From Eledone cirrhosa (taxonomy: Eukaryota), in assembly GCA_964016885.1 (NCBI GenBank), contig OZ024743.1, positions 246,512,001 to 246,576,000 of the forward strand: a stretch of DNA of 64,000 nt, written 5' to 3'. The position numbers and the translations under genes are program-made. The notes under the pieces were generated by a model that made no database searches, was not told the DNA's origin, and saw only the letters and a program-made list of their open reading frames with translations. Below, one piece after another: positions 26,121 to 36,612 of the stretch (position 1 is the first letter of the stretch; every line of letters begins with the position of its first letter).

Positions 26121-27148
26121 TTGAATACATTAACAGAGAAAGCCTTAAGCGATACTCTGACCAACTCCATCTCACTCAACAAACATTAGGATATACCTAA
26201 GTATTCTGTAACACTAACTTCAAAAAACGAGACAATCACTTGATCACTTTAGTGTTTGGGGTGCTAACTAATCAGTATTTCGTGGATATCTGGTTGTATT
26301 ATTTTATGAGACATAATTAAATAAATATTTTTTTCCTTCCAGACGATCGTTTCGTTATAAGATTTCTACAATTTGGGATAAATAATGTCCAGGTTATGTA
26401 GAAACTTGTATATAATCCATAGTCTTATACACAAGCGGGATCTTATAAACTCATCAGTGGATGCCCAAATAATATCGATATAAAAATTACATCTACATTA
26501 ATAAATTAGTAATGGCCTCCTTCAGCGCTAAAGAGACTGCTAGATTCGAAAGGCCAGCAGTCTTTATAAAGATAAGAAACACGCTGCCCCCAAGAGGGTA
26601 AGAGGAGGTCATCTTAAAATATAAAACAATATACACGCTGGTCATTTAAATCTGTTAGGTATTATAACCACGTGTTTAAGAACTCAATTGGATATTAAAA
26701 GAATAAATACCCATGCTAACGTGGAAAGTGGACGTTAAACGAGGATGATGATGATATGTATACACGATCGATGCACACATAGAGATATTAAAATATAATA
26801 AATACATGTATGGACCACCTATATACACACAGTTATTCTCTAAGGCTAAAAAATCAGATATGGGATATAAAGAAAATCAATCAGTATTTCATATAAAAAA
26901 TAATAATAATAAAGAAAGTCATACCTTATATCTGGAAATCACATCTGACCACCAAGAGTCTATATTTAATACATTAACAGAGAAAGCCTTAAGCGATACT
27001 CTGACTGACTCCATCTCACTCAACAAACATTAGGGTATACCTAAGTATTCTCTCAATTTAGTGTTTGGGGTGCTAACTAATCAGTATTTCGTGGATAGCG
27101 GTTGTATTATTTTATATGAGACATAATTAAATAAATATCTCTTTCCTT

Positions 27149-27151
<3 letters not shown>
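26121..27151 (-). mobile_element. Non-coding hammerhead-bearing element with a partial direct repeat (retrozyme or non-autonomous Penelope-like)
   Basis: Repeat 26121-26341 matches about 26965-27151; the hammerhead abuts the first copy. Confidence 0.65.
26338..26461 (-). ncRNA. Type I hammerhead ribozyme with enlarged, branched stem II
   Basis: Minus strand: TCCA CTGATGA GTTTATAAGAT...ATCTTATAAC GAAA C GATC G TC^TGGA; palindromic loop III. Confidence 0.8.

Positions 27152-27217
<66 letters not shown>
27151..27217. repeat. (TA)n microsatellite
   Basis: Direct reading. Confidence 0.95.
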
Positions 27218-27219
<2 letters not shown>

Positions 27220-27666
27220 CAGTGTAACGTGCAATTACTGTAGGTTCACCCCAGTGAGCACTCAATGCGTAGATTCCAGTCTGTAAAGAGGCGTAGAACT
27301 AAGCAGAGTGTAAATATAATGATAACAGGACGATTTGTTAATGTCTTTATTGTGGTTAGAAAAAGCTATCTCACTTACCGCTTTTCACAGGCGCCGCTAA
27401 ATTCCACTGCAGGTTACTCCTCTTCCACGTGCGTCCAACTGCTTAACACCGGGAGCTGCCCAAACTCGCGTCCACACCGTGTGCTGGTCACCACTAGAGA
27501 GAGGCCCTCTGCTGGCCCTTCCGGTCGAGCATCCTTCCGGCCAAAAGACCCTTCCGGTCGAGCACTCCCCCGCCTCCGGCCACCGCACGCCACACACCCT
27601 TCCGGTCGAGCACTCCCCCGCCTCCGGCCACCGCACGCCACACCATACCCACACGCCCCCCTGATC

Positions 27667-30538
27667 TCAAGGATCAATTTCCCCCTCGTCCCTCTGCATA
27701 TGAAAGTCTGCTGTCCAGGTCGGTGGTCTACGACTTCGTTGCGATCTTCGTATTATTGGGGCAGGGCTCTGGGTTTCCACCTCATCTTGGGTTTCCTCTT
27801 CCTCGGAGTCCGTCGACACAGTGATTCTTCTTACATCCAGGACATGACGTGGTACCCCGTCCACGGACACATTGTTCTTTGAATTTACGGCCGTCACCGT
27901 TCCCCTTCCCCATTGAGATGTGCAACGTGCATCTGGGGGCTTCACCCAGACTTCTTCGCCCACCTGCACGAATGCACTCTCTCTCCCCACTGGCCGTTGT
28001 GGTGGCGTGCACGGGTGCCGCCACTCGTATTTGAATACTGCTCTGTGTGGAACCGATTCCTCGACCTGTCCAACCCGAGGGGACATATTGTACCAGAACA
28101 CTGCCTCCATTGGTGAGATATGGCCCCGCTCCGCCATTGCCTTGATCGTCCGGTGGTGTCGCTCCACAATTCCATTCCCACTCGGCCTGTGCGCCGCTCT
28201 GAAGAAACGGTCCACCTTCCATCCATCGAGCATCTCCCTCAGTGCCTCCGAGCGGAACGCTGCGCTGTTGTCCATCAGCAGTTCGTCCACAGGGCCCCGC
28301 TCCAAGAACACTTCTCTCAACGTCCGCACGATTTCCTCGGCCGTTCCAGTCCTCATCTCCCTCCATATCGCCATTCGACCTGGTCCACAGTCGACCATCG
28401 AGAGGTACGTTCCCTGCCGGTAGTGCGTCACATCCACCGCTAATCACTTCCAGTCGCGATCCACCGGGAGGCTTCCCGTTTCGTGTACACCCGGGGCGGG
28501 ATCAATGGACTGACATCGGACGCAGCCTCTAACCCCCCCCCCCCCGAACACTGTGTCTGCTAACGTCCGAGTCGATTCTCCTGGCTAGGAACAGGCTCCT
28601 ATCCACCCCCATGTGGTGCATGTCATGCAACCCCTTCAGGTCTAACTCGGTCAGCCGACACACGGCAGCTATCTCATCCTCTACCTCCTTCGGCGCTTCC
28701 ATCCAGGCTGTCTTCACTCAAGTTAAGATGTCCGCCCTATTTTTCTCTGAGGGCACGAACACTACGCTCAGCTTCAGGTCGAACTCGGTGGCCAGCTCTC
28801 CTAACGTTCCCAGGCGGCGCTTTATCAGCATCTCCACCGCGCCTCTCGTTCGCACTCTCTTCTCACTGGTGAGCACTGATCTTACCCATCCGAGTACAGT
28901 AGCCGAGTCGGTGCGTATCTCGATGGTGCGCAGCCCCCACCGCAGGGCGAGGTTCACCCCTCTCAACACCGCGTCCAGCTCGGCCACATTGATGTGGCTG
29001 CAGTCGTCCTTCTTTCTAAGCCAGGCTGCATCCTCGACCTCAACACCTCCTATCTCCAACGTGACACTCAGCGCTATGCTGCTGGCATCGCACCATACGG
29101 TCCCGCTCTGTGATTTGGGAACGTACCAGCGTCCCCGCACTGGGTCGTCGGCCTTCACCCTCCCCACGATCTCCTGCATCATGGCCACCGTCCTCTCTCC
29201 CACTCTGTCACTCCAAGTCACCCCGCCCGCTCGTCTCTTGACATAGCTGCATGCTGTCCGGAGCCATCCAGCGATCGGGTAGTGACCCACCAGCTTTCCA
29301 CACACCGAGAAAAGCTCCCGCCTATTCATACTTGGGCCCAGTTCCGGAACTTCGTTTCCCCTCTGGAACACCAAAACGCCCGTCTTGTCTCGCCGTAGCC
29401 TAAGTCCCAGCGCGGCTCCTCCCTCCAATGCTTCTGATGGCTTCGCAGTCAGTCCATACTTCCGCAAATGGCTCGTGACCTCCGCCGTCGACACCACCGA
29501 CTCGTCCACTAGGATGTCGTCAATATAGGAGTTAGTAGCCCTCTTTATCTTGTCGGCCCTCCCCAGAGCGGTCTTGAGGACCGCCGCCATGATCTTCGGT
29601 GCGGAGCTCAGCCCGAAACCGAACCTGGTCAAGCAATATGTCCGGCCCTTATACCTGACCAGCTGATACCGCCAGAGCTTCTCATCTATATGCAGCTGCA
29701 AGTAAGCCGACTTTAGATCCACGATCGCTGAACCCCCCCGTCATGCGTCTCCACTCACGCAGGGTTTCCCCACAGACATCCGTGACCTCGCCACCCGTGT
29801 GGCATGACACGTGCTCGTTCAGCTCCCGATAGTCCAGCACCGGCCTCACCTTGCTCTTCGTGGGCTGCACCACCGCCAACAACGGCAATACTCCGCACTT
29901 CACCTCCTCCTTCCAGGGAAGCAGTATGCCCTCTTCGATCCATCTCTCTACTTCTCGCTCGAACTCGCTCCTAGCGTTTCCCTTCAATGTGTGTTGATAG
30001 CAGCCCACTTTGGTCTTCAGTGTTGGTGGTTCTCCCTTCCAGTACCACTCAACAACCCATCGCTGCCCATCAAACACGGCCTTGAAGTCTTTGTCCTGTA
30101 CAGTGTAAGCGGGGTATTCCTCCTCGTGGACCTTCTGGTTCTCATGACGTGCACTCACAGCGCATACCGATGCAGCGGCGCCAAACGACACACCGACATT
30201 GTTCACCGTGACGCCCCCTAGACGGCCAATCGCGTCCATGCCCATAACCACGCCGATCCCATCCACCACACTGTCTACCACGATGGCGGAAAGCCTTATC
30301 CTCCTTCTATTTCCATCTCGCTGCGACCTCGGCATTCAATTTTCCTGCCGTCGACTGCCCTTACGCTGCTCTTCCCTCCCCACCTCTGCGCCACCCCCGC
30401 GGTCACCAGTGTCGTCGTACAGCCCGTATCCACGAGGGCTCGCTGTGGCTTCCCCCTCACGAAGACTTCCACCATGGGCAGCGCCGCTACTCGTAAGGGG
30501 CAACTACCGGCGCAGTAGTTCTCCTTGGATCGTTTCCC
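27667..30538 (-). pseudogene. pol: pol (protease, RT, RNase H, integrase), frameshifted
   Basis: ALVDTG; RPVLDYR, DLKSAY, YIDD; WCDAS, HINVAEL, RTDS, NRAD; H..H zinc motif and DDE core with GNGIVER. Frame breaks occur, including at the poly-C tracts near 28533 and 29733. Confidence 0.9.
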
Positions 30539-31248
30539 TGGTCGCAGTTAGTAGCGATGTGGCCTGGTCGCTTACACCGGTAGCAAATTATCTCCGGCTT
30601 CGACTCTCTACAGTCTCTAGCCATGTGCGGGCCCTGGCACCGAAAACAGCGCCCCCTAAACGCACGCGGACGGCCGCGTGCCGAGGTTGCCTCCCTTTCA
30701 CCATTTCGCTGCCAGGTGTCCTGAGCCTCTGTAGTTGCTATCGCCGCAACACTCTTTTTGGCATCTTCCGCTATGATCCGGGCTTGTTCCACCAGTGAAC
30801 GCATTTCCATCTCTTTATAACCCGGGACTTGCTGCAGTTTCACCGCTATGTAGTCCGGAAATCCATTGATGAACGCCAACCGCACCGTGCGTTCGCATTC
30901 CGCCTGGTAACCGGCCAACATAGCCAACCGCTTTATTTCCGCTGCGAAAATGTCGACGCGCTCACCATTCCACCTGATTCTCGCCAGCTTAGCAAAAGCT
31001 GCCAACGGTCCTTCGGCGAATGCATCCATCAGACGCCTCTCAATCTTCTGCACATCTCTTTGGCTGTGCTCGTCCAACTCAAGGAAGAGTACCAGCGCGT
31101 CGCCCTCGAGGTACAATGCCATGAGGCCGGCCACGTCCTCTATCTTCTGCAAGCTTGCGACCAGCCGAACCATCCGCAGCCAAGCAACGACATCACCTTC
31201 CCCGGTGAATGCCCTGATAGCTTCGTTCATCCGTAGTCTTGTCGTCAT
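30487..31248 (-). CDS. gag: Gag with two zinc knuckles
   Basis: 253-aa open frame with CFRCQGPHMARDC and CYRCKRPGHIATNC. Confidence 0.9.
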   Translation of the reverse strand: MTTRLRMNEAIRAFTGEGDVVAWLRMVRLVASLQKIEDVAGLMALYLEGDALVLFLELDEHSQRDVQKIERRLMDAFAEGPLAAFAKLARIRWNGERVDIFAAEIKRLAMLAGYQAECERTVRLAFINGFPDYIAVKLQQVPGYKEMEMRSLVEQARIIAEDAKKSVAAIATTEAQDTWQRNGEREATSARGRPRAFRGRCFRCQGPHMARDCRESKPEIICYRCKRPGHIATNCDQGNDPRRTTAPVVAPYE

Positions 31249-31300
31249 CTTCTGATTTGTCTTGCGGCAAGTGGTTTTTTTTTTTTTTTTTTTTTTAGTC

Positions 31301-31312
31301 GCCGAAATAGCT
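31301..31312 (-). promoter_or_regulatory. Non-canonical primer-binding site complementary to tRNA-Phe(GAA) nt 1-12
   Basis: Element-sense AGCTATTTCGGC directly follows the 5' LTR; plus-strand GCCGAAATAGCT equals the start of metazoan tRNA-Phe as I recall it. Confidence 0.6.
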
Positions 31313-31785
31313 TCTGGTTAGAAAAAGCTATCTCACTTACCGCTTTTCACAGGCGCCGCTAAATTCCACTGCAGGTTACTCCTCTTCCACGTGCGTCCAA
31401 CTGCTTAACACCGGGAGCTGCCCAAACTCGCGTCCACACCGTGTGCTGGTCACCACTAGAGAGAGGCCCTCTGCTGGCCCTTCCGGTCGAGCATCCTTCC
31501 GGCCAAAAGACCCTTCCGGTCGAGCACTCCCCCGCCTCCGGCCACCGCACGCCACACACCCTTCCGGTCGAGCATTCCCCCGCCTCCGGCCACCGCACGC
31601 CACACCATACCCACATTTATTATGTTTATTGAGTAGTGACGTGTGTTTCGCTATTGATCAGCTCAAGGTTCAATCTGTATCGATCTGGCCCAGCTCTGGA
31701 ATCAAAAGCTCATCGGACCTCTGCTGTGGTAATGACAATAAACGTAATGAAGACATAACAAGTCACCCATTTATTATTATTATTA

Positions 31786-34700
31786 GTAAAAACCTTTAAA
31801 ACAAAAATTCCCCAACGCAGTTGGAGACTTCAGAGGGTCGATTACCAAGAGGATATACACTGACATCCTCTTGGAAACACCCATGACCAGCGAAAGGGAC
31901 GGTTCTACTGTCCCTTCACCACACGAACAAGGTAAGTGACCCTTTCTCACTTGCCCCGTTTCTCATCTAACATGGCCGTACTCAGAATAGGCAGTATAAA
32001 TTCACGTAGCCTGGAGTCATCTTGGAAGCAGGGTCACCTGCTCAACGACCTCAGGTCACTAAACATAGATGTGGTGGCCATCAGTGAAACCAGAATCTCC
32101 GAAGCACAAGCCTTCGCACCGATCTTCGGCGGCTACGATGTATACGCATCTCCCAGCCATCCAGGATCGGGGGGAGGGGTCGCCGTCCTTTTTCGGAGGG
32201 GCTTGGATCTCGCGATACGGGTCATCTTCCTAGACCCAGAAGGTAAGTCGGTGGTGCTGGACGTGACCGGCAGCGAAGGCAATGCTTTCAGGCTAGTAGC
32301 CGTCTACGCCCCAACAGGGGCAGGACGGCCAGGTTTCTTCAGACGTCTAGAGACCTTTCTTGGAACGTCCCGCTCTTTAGAGTTAGTGGGCGACTGGAAC
32401 GGTATCTTGGATGCACGCTGGGATCGTGTGGGGCTAGCGGATAGGGGAGGAGGGTGCAAGAGCCTCACCAACCTGCTCAGACGTTTTGAATTGTCTGACA
32501 GGTATCGACTGGATCACCCGAATGTGCCAATGTGGACATGGACAAACCGCATCGGGTCATCCAGATCGTATCTCGATAGGGTATTCTGCAGAGAACTAGA
32601 TAGGGCTAGTATAAGTTGTCCACAATTTAAAATAGTCGACTACACAGACCACAAATTTGTGATCTGTGAGATCGACATAGACAGACTTCATAGACAAGGG
32701 CCTGGTTACTGGAAGCTAAACGCGTCTTTCCGGGCGCGCAAAGCCTACAGAGACCCGATTAGCGTATTAGTTAAGCGGGCGTTGACGGGAGCGATCGTCA
32801 ACAACAGGTGGTGGTTCGCCCTGAAAAGGGCAATTAAAGTAGAGTGGATTAGGTTTAGCAAAGGAGTAGTGATAGAGGAAAATAGAGTAGAGGGAGAGCT
32901 AGTCAGAAAGCTAGAAGAGGCGTCTAGGACAGGCATCGCAACCGACGTTCTTGCAGAGAGATTGGCACTCGACCAATTCTTCAACGCAAAACACGAAGGC
33001 TGCGTTGTCAGAGCTAGAGCGCGTGCTCTGAAACACGAGGGGACAAAAGCCGTCCAATGGGCCTGGGTGGCAGAGGCGCGACGTGGCAACAAAGCTACAA
33101 TTCGGTCTTTGTCTGACCAAAATGGGTGCGTGATGCTCGGGTTCGAGCATCACGCACCCGTTTGCTCCCGAGCGGATGTGTGAAGCACCTGAGCGGATGT
33201 GTGAAGCTTTTCAGCAGCACTTTGCTGAACTGTTCAGGAGCGGCGGCGGCCCGGATCGGGGCATGGACTTCAGTGCATACCTCGACGGACTGCCTCGGCT
33301 CTCGACGACCGCAGCACAGTGTTGCGAAAAGCCAATAACAGCCGGTGAAATACGGGAGGCGATGGCTAACTGCACAAGGAGTAAATCGCCAGGTTTTGAT
33401 GGTCTGCCCTACGAAATTTATGCATTTAAGCCAGACTTGTTCGGTGACCTCTTGGCAGATGTCTACTGCAACTGGCAGCAGAACGGGAGCATTACCAGTT
33501 TTGTGAGCCGGGGAGCAGTGGCACTGCTGAGAAAAGACCCGAACAAGGGGGATGTTATCGATAATGTCAGGCCCATAACCCTGCTAAACGCAGAGTTCAA
33601 GATTTTGGCCAAGGTGTTAGCAACGAGGTTGGCGCTTGTCGTCAAGGGTCTGGTGGGAGAGGCGCAGACATGCGCCATTCCGGACAGATCCATACACGAC
33701 AACCTCCACCTCATGCGATACATCATAGAGAGGGTGGTTAAGGAACCTGGGGTGGGGCCCTGATCAACTTGGATCAATCCAAAGCATTCGATAGGGTCGA
33801 CCATCGGTACCTGGCGGCGGTCCTTGAGGCAGCCGGTTTCGGGCCCGTTTTCAGGGGTTGGATTGCAGAAATGTACAGCGACATCTGCTCAGTTGTGAGG
33901 GTGAATGGTCACCTGTCGCAGCCGTTCAGCATCATGCACTCAATCCGACAGGGTTGTCCCCTCTCGTCCCTCTCGTACGTATTGGCTCTCGAGCCGTTAC
34001 TGCACAAACTGGGGGCGATGAGGGGCGTCCCACGCGAACTAGGATGCAGGAAATCTGAGTCGGCTTACGCTGACGACGTCACCGTGGTGGTGTCGAGCAC
34101 CAGACACGTCCAGATGCTCGGCACCGCTCTCAAGGAATACGAAGCGGTGACAGGAGCAAAGATAAACCAGGAAAAGTAGGTGGGCTTGCAGCTCGGCACC
34201 TGGAGAGGCAAGTCCATGCTGTCCGACAGCGTCGTGGGGCGTTGGACAGACGGACCGGTTAAATTGCTCGGGGTCTGGTTCTGACCGGACCTCCAGATGG
34301 AGAAAAACTGGAACGAGGTGACGAGCAGCGTGGCCTCCCTCACCCAGAAATGGGCTGAGAGGAAGCTGTCCCTGAAAGGCCGGGCGGAGGTGGTAAATGC
34401 GTACATCGCATCCGTCATCTGCTACCGCCTCACCGTCGTCCCTTGCTCCAGCCCAACTCTCACCAAAAGGGAGCGCCTCCTCTTCCGCTTTTTGTGGAAG
34501 GGACGCGCTCCCATGGTCAGACGATCCATCTGCAGTCAACACCCGTTGCGTGGAGGACTGGGCATGCCATGGCTGATGATGCGCAAACATGCTCTGAGGC
34601 TGTGACATCTCTGGTGCTTCCTTGATGGTGAACAGGTGTGGTCGCCGTTCGCCAGGCACGTTTTCCCACAGCTCGTCTCCTTGACGGAGCTGCAGTCCTG

Positions 34701-35709
34701 GGTCAGAAAAAGACCGAGGGATAGCGCTTGGAAACTGGAATGTCTCCAGGCGCTCACTGCCCTCTGCCAGCTGGGCACCAGTATCGGTGGAACATCCACC
34801 TCGGCGTTCTATAGAGGACTAGTAGAGGGGAAGAGCGACAACATTCTCGGAGAGATCCTGGGCGTCAAAGAAGATCAGCTGTTTGCTCTCTTCCGGAGAA
34901 CTTTCAGCCCGGGGCCTATGGATAACTTCCAAAATTCCCTGGCCTGGCAGTGTTACCGGGGAGCGCTGCCGGTTCGAGATAAGCTCTACAGGCACGGAAG
35001 TGCCGTCAGCCGAGCCTGTTCGAGATGCGTGCAGAGCGATGAAACCATCGTGCACGCACTCGTTCAGTGCCCGAGCATTGCTGACTTGTGGAGCTATGTC
35101 GAACAGTTGCTGTCGCGTGTCGGACTGATCCGGTTGTCGACTGAGTCCTTTGAGGAGGAAAGGCAGGCGGTTTTCATCTGCCTGGTGGCCATGGCGAAAG
35201 AGATTGTGTGGTGGACAAGGTTAAAAGGGTTAAAGACAGATACTTTCCTCTTCGGCGAATCCCTAATTAACTTTTTCAAGTTTCACTTGAAGAGGAAAAT
35301 CAAGGTGGAGAGGCAAGTGCTGCCTTCTAGCAAGTTTGTTGAAAGGTGGGTGAATGTAGCGAGAATGGTCCGAGTGAACGGGACTACTCTGAATATACGT
35401 CTGTAGTTTGAGAGATAGAAAAATTGAGAGAGGGCGCTTGCCCTGGTGGTCGGGGTGGCCGTGGTCTTTTGTGTGGTTTTCGCCACGAGTAACCCTCGGA
35501 GGTTTCCCCCCTATTGGGGAATTTTCATTGTTTCAATTTTCATTTTTATTGTTTATATATATATATGTTTCTATGTCCTTTTTTTTTTCTTTTCTTATAT
35601 AAATAATAAAAATATTTACACGCACAAAACCCACATCGTACCGTCCTGTACCGTCCTGTGCCGTCTGTAATGTTTTTCTTGATGTCAGCCCTTGTGGCCA
35701 ATAAAGAAA

Positions 35710-35711
<2 letters not shown>
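31786..35711 (+). mobile_element. Tx1/L1-clade LINE with a full but disrupted ORF2 (APE, RT, zinc knuckle)
   Basis: GSINSR, ISETR, VYAP, GDWN, TDH, DQSKAFD, YADDV and CSRC..H..C motifs; 3' end CCCTTGTGGCCAATAAAGAAA; (ATT)n on both sides. Confidence 0.92.
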
Positions 35712-35755
<44 letters not shown>

Positions 35756-35984
35756 TTAATTTTATTTTTTATTAAAGTTAAGCAGTGAGTCTCTGGAGTT
35801 TCACCTGCTTCTCACAGGGTCATTAGACAAGCAGGTGAAATTTCACAGTAACAAGACCCATTATTTATCCACAGTACTTTGGTATTAAGTACTCTTTTCT
35901 CTCGGGTGTCAAATATTTATATATATATCTAGGGCAGGTCAAATTCCCGAGATCCATGAACAAGTTCTCGTCAGCGGTCTCTGT

Positions 35985-36612
35985 CCTTCGTCAACGCTGC
36001 CATGTCCTGCATCTACCGGAGACCAGTGTCTGTCCTTAGGACATCAATATAAGTCAACCCCAGTCTCCCTCCTCTAGTGTGTCCATGTAGGGGCTCCCAC
36101 AGAACCACTGAGTGCAGTGTCAACTCTGAATGTTAGTGAGCATGTCCAGCTAACCTCAGTCTCCTCTGTGTTATTTTTGAGCTGACTTTTGGGAGGCTCC
36201 CATACAGCTCTGAGTTTTTCATCCTCAGTGTATACTGATTAATGTTCAGAGCCATCCTCAGCATTCTCGTGTAGCACCTATCCACCATCTGTGTGAGTCT
36301 CTTGGTCAGTGTCTGAGTCTGAGACCCGTATAGCAACACAGACTCCACAGTAGCGATGAAGAGATGGATCTTCAGGTCTTTACGAAGGTCTGACTTCCAC
36401 ACCGATTGCAAACTGTGACACGCTGCCCAGGATTTGCCTCTCCTTTCAACTACATCATCCTCTGTGTTCCCAATCTTTGCTCCCAGATACAGGAAGTTCT
36501 CAACCAATTCTAGCAGCTTCCCGCCTACATTCATAATCTTCTCTGGCTTTTTAATGTTTTCTACCAGATACTTTGTCTTAATCTCATTCATTCTCAGCCC
36601 CACTTTGCGCAT
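35985..36612 (-). mobile_element. RTE-like LINE 3' fragment (family without the PHD insert)
   Basis: GLRMN..KTK, NFLYLG, VESVLLYGS and RRLRLAGH motifs. Confidence 0.8.

Larger units (their letters stand above)
27351..31615 (-). mobile_element. Complete Gypsy-superfamily LTR retrotransposon, about 4.27 kb
   Basis: 303-bp LTRs at 27351-27653 and 31313-31615 (2 differences seen), TTTAT target duplication on both sides, PPT GAGATCAGGGGGGCG, domain order gag-PR-RT-RH-IN. Confidence 0.96.

Noticed and set aside
27265-31799. Plus-strand ORFs across the Gypsy element
   Set aside because: Antisense shadows of GC-rich coding sequence and LTR repeats, with no recognisable domains.
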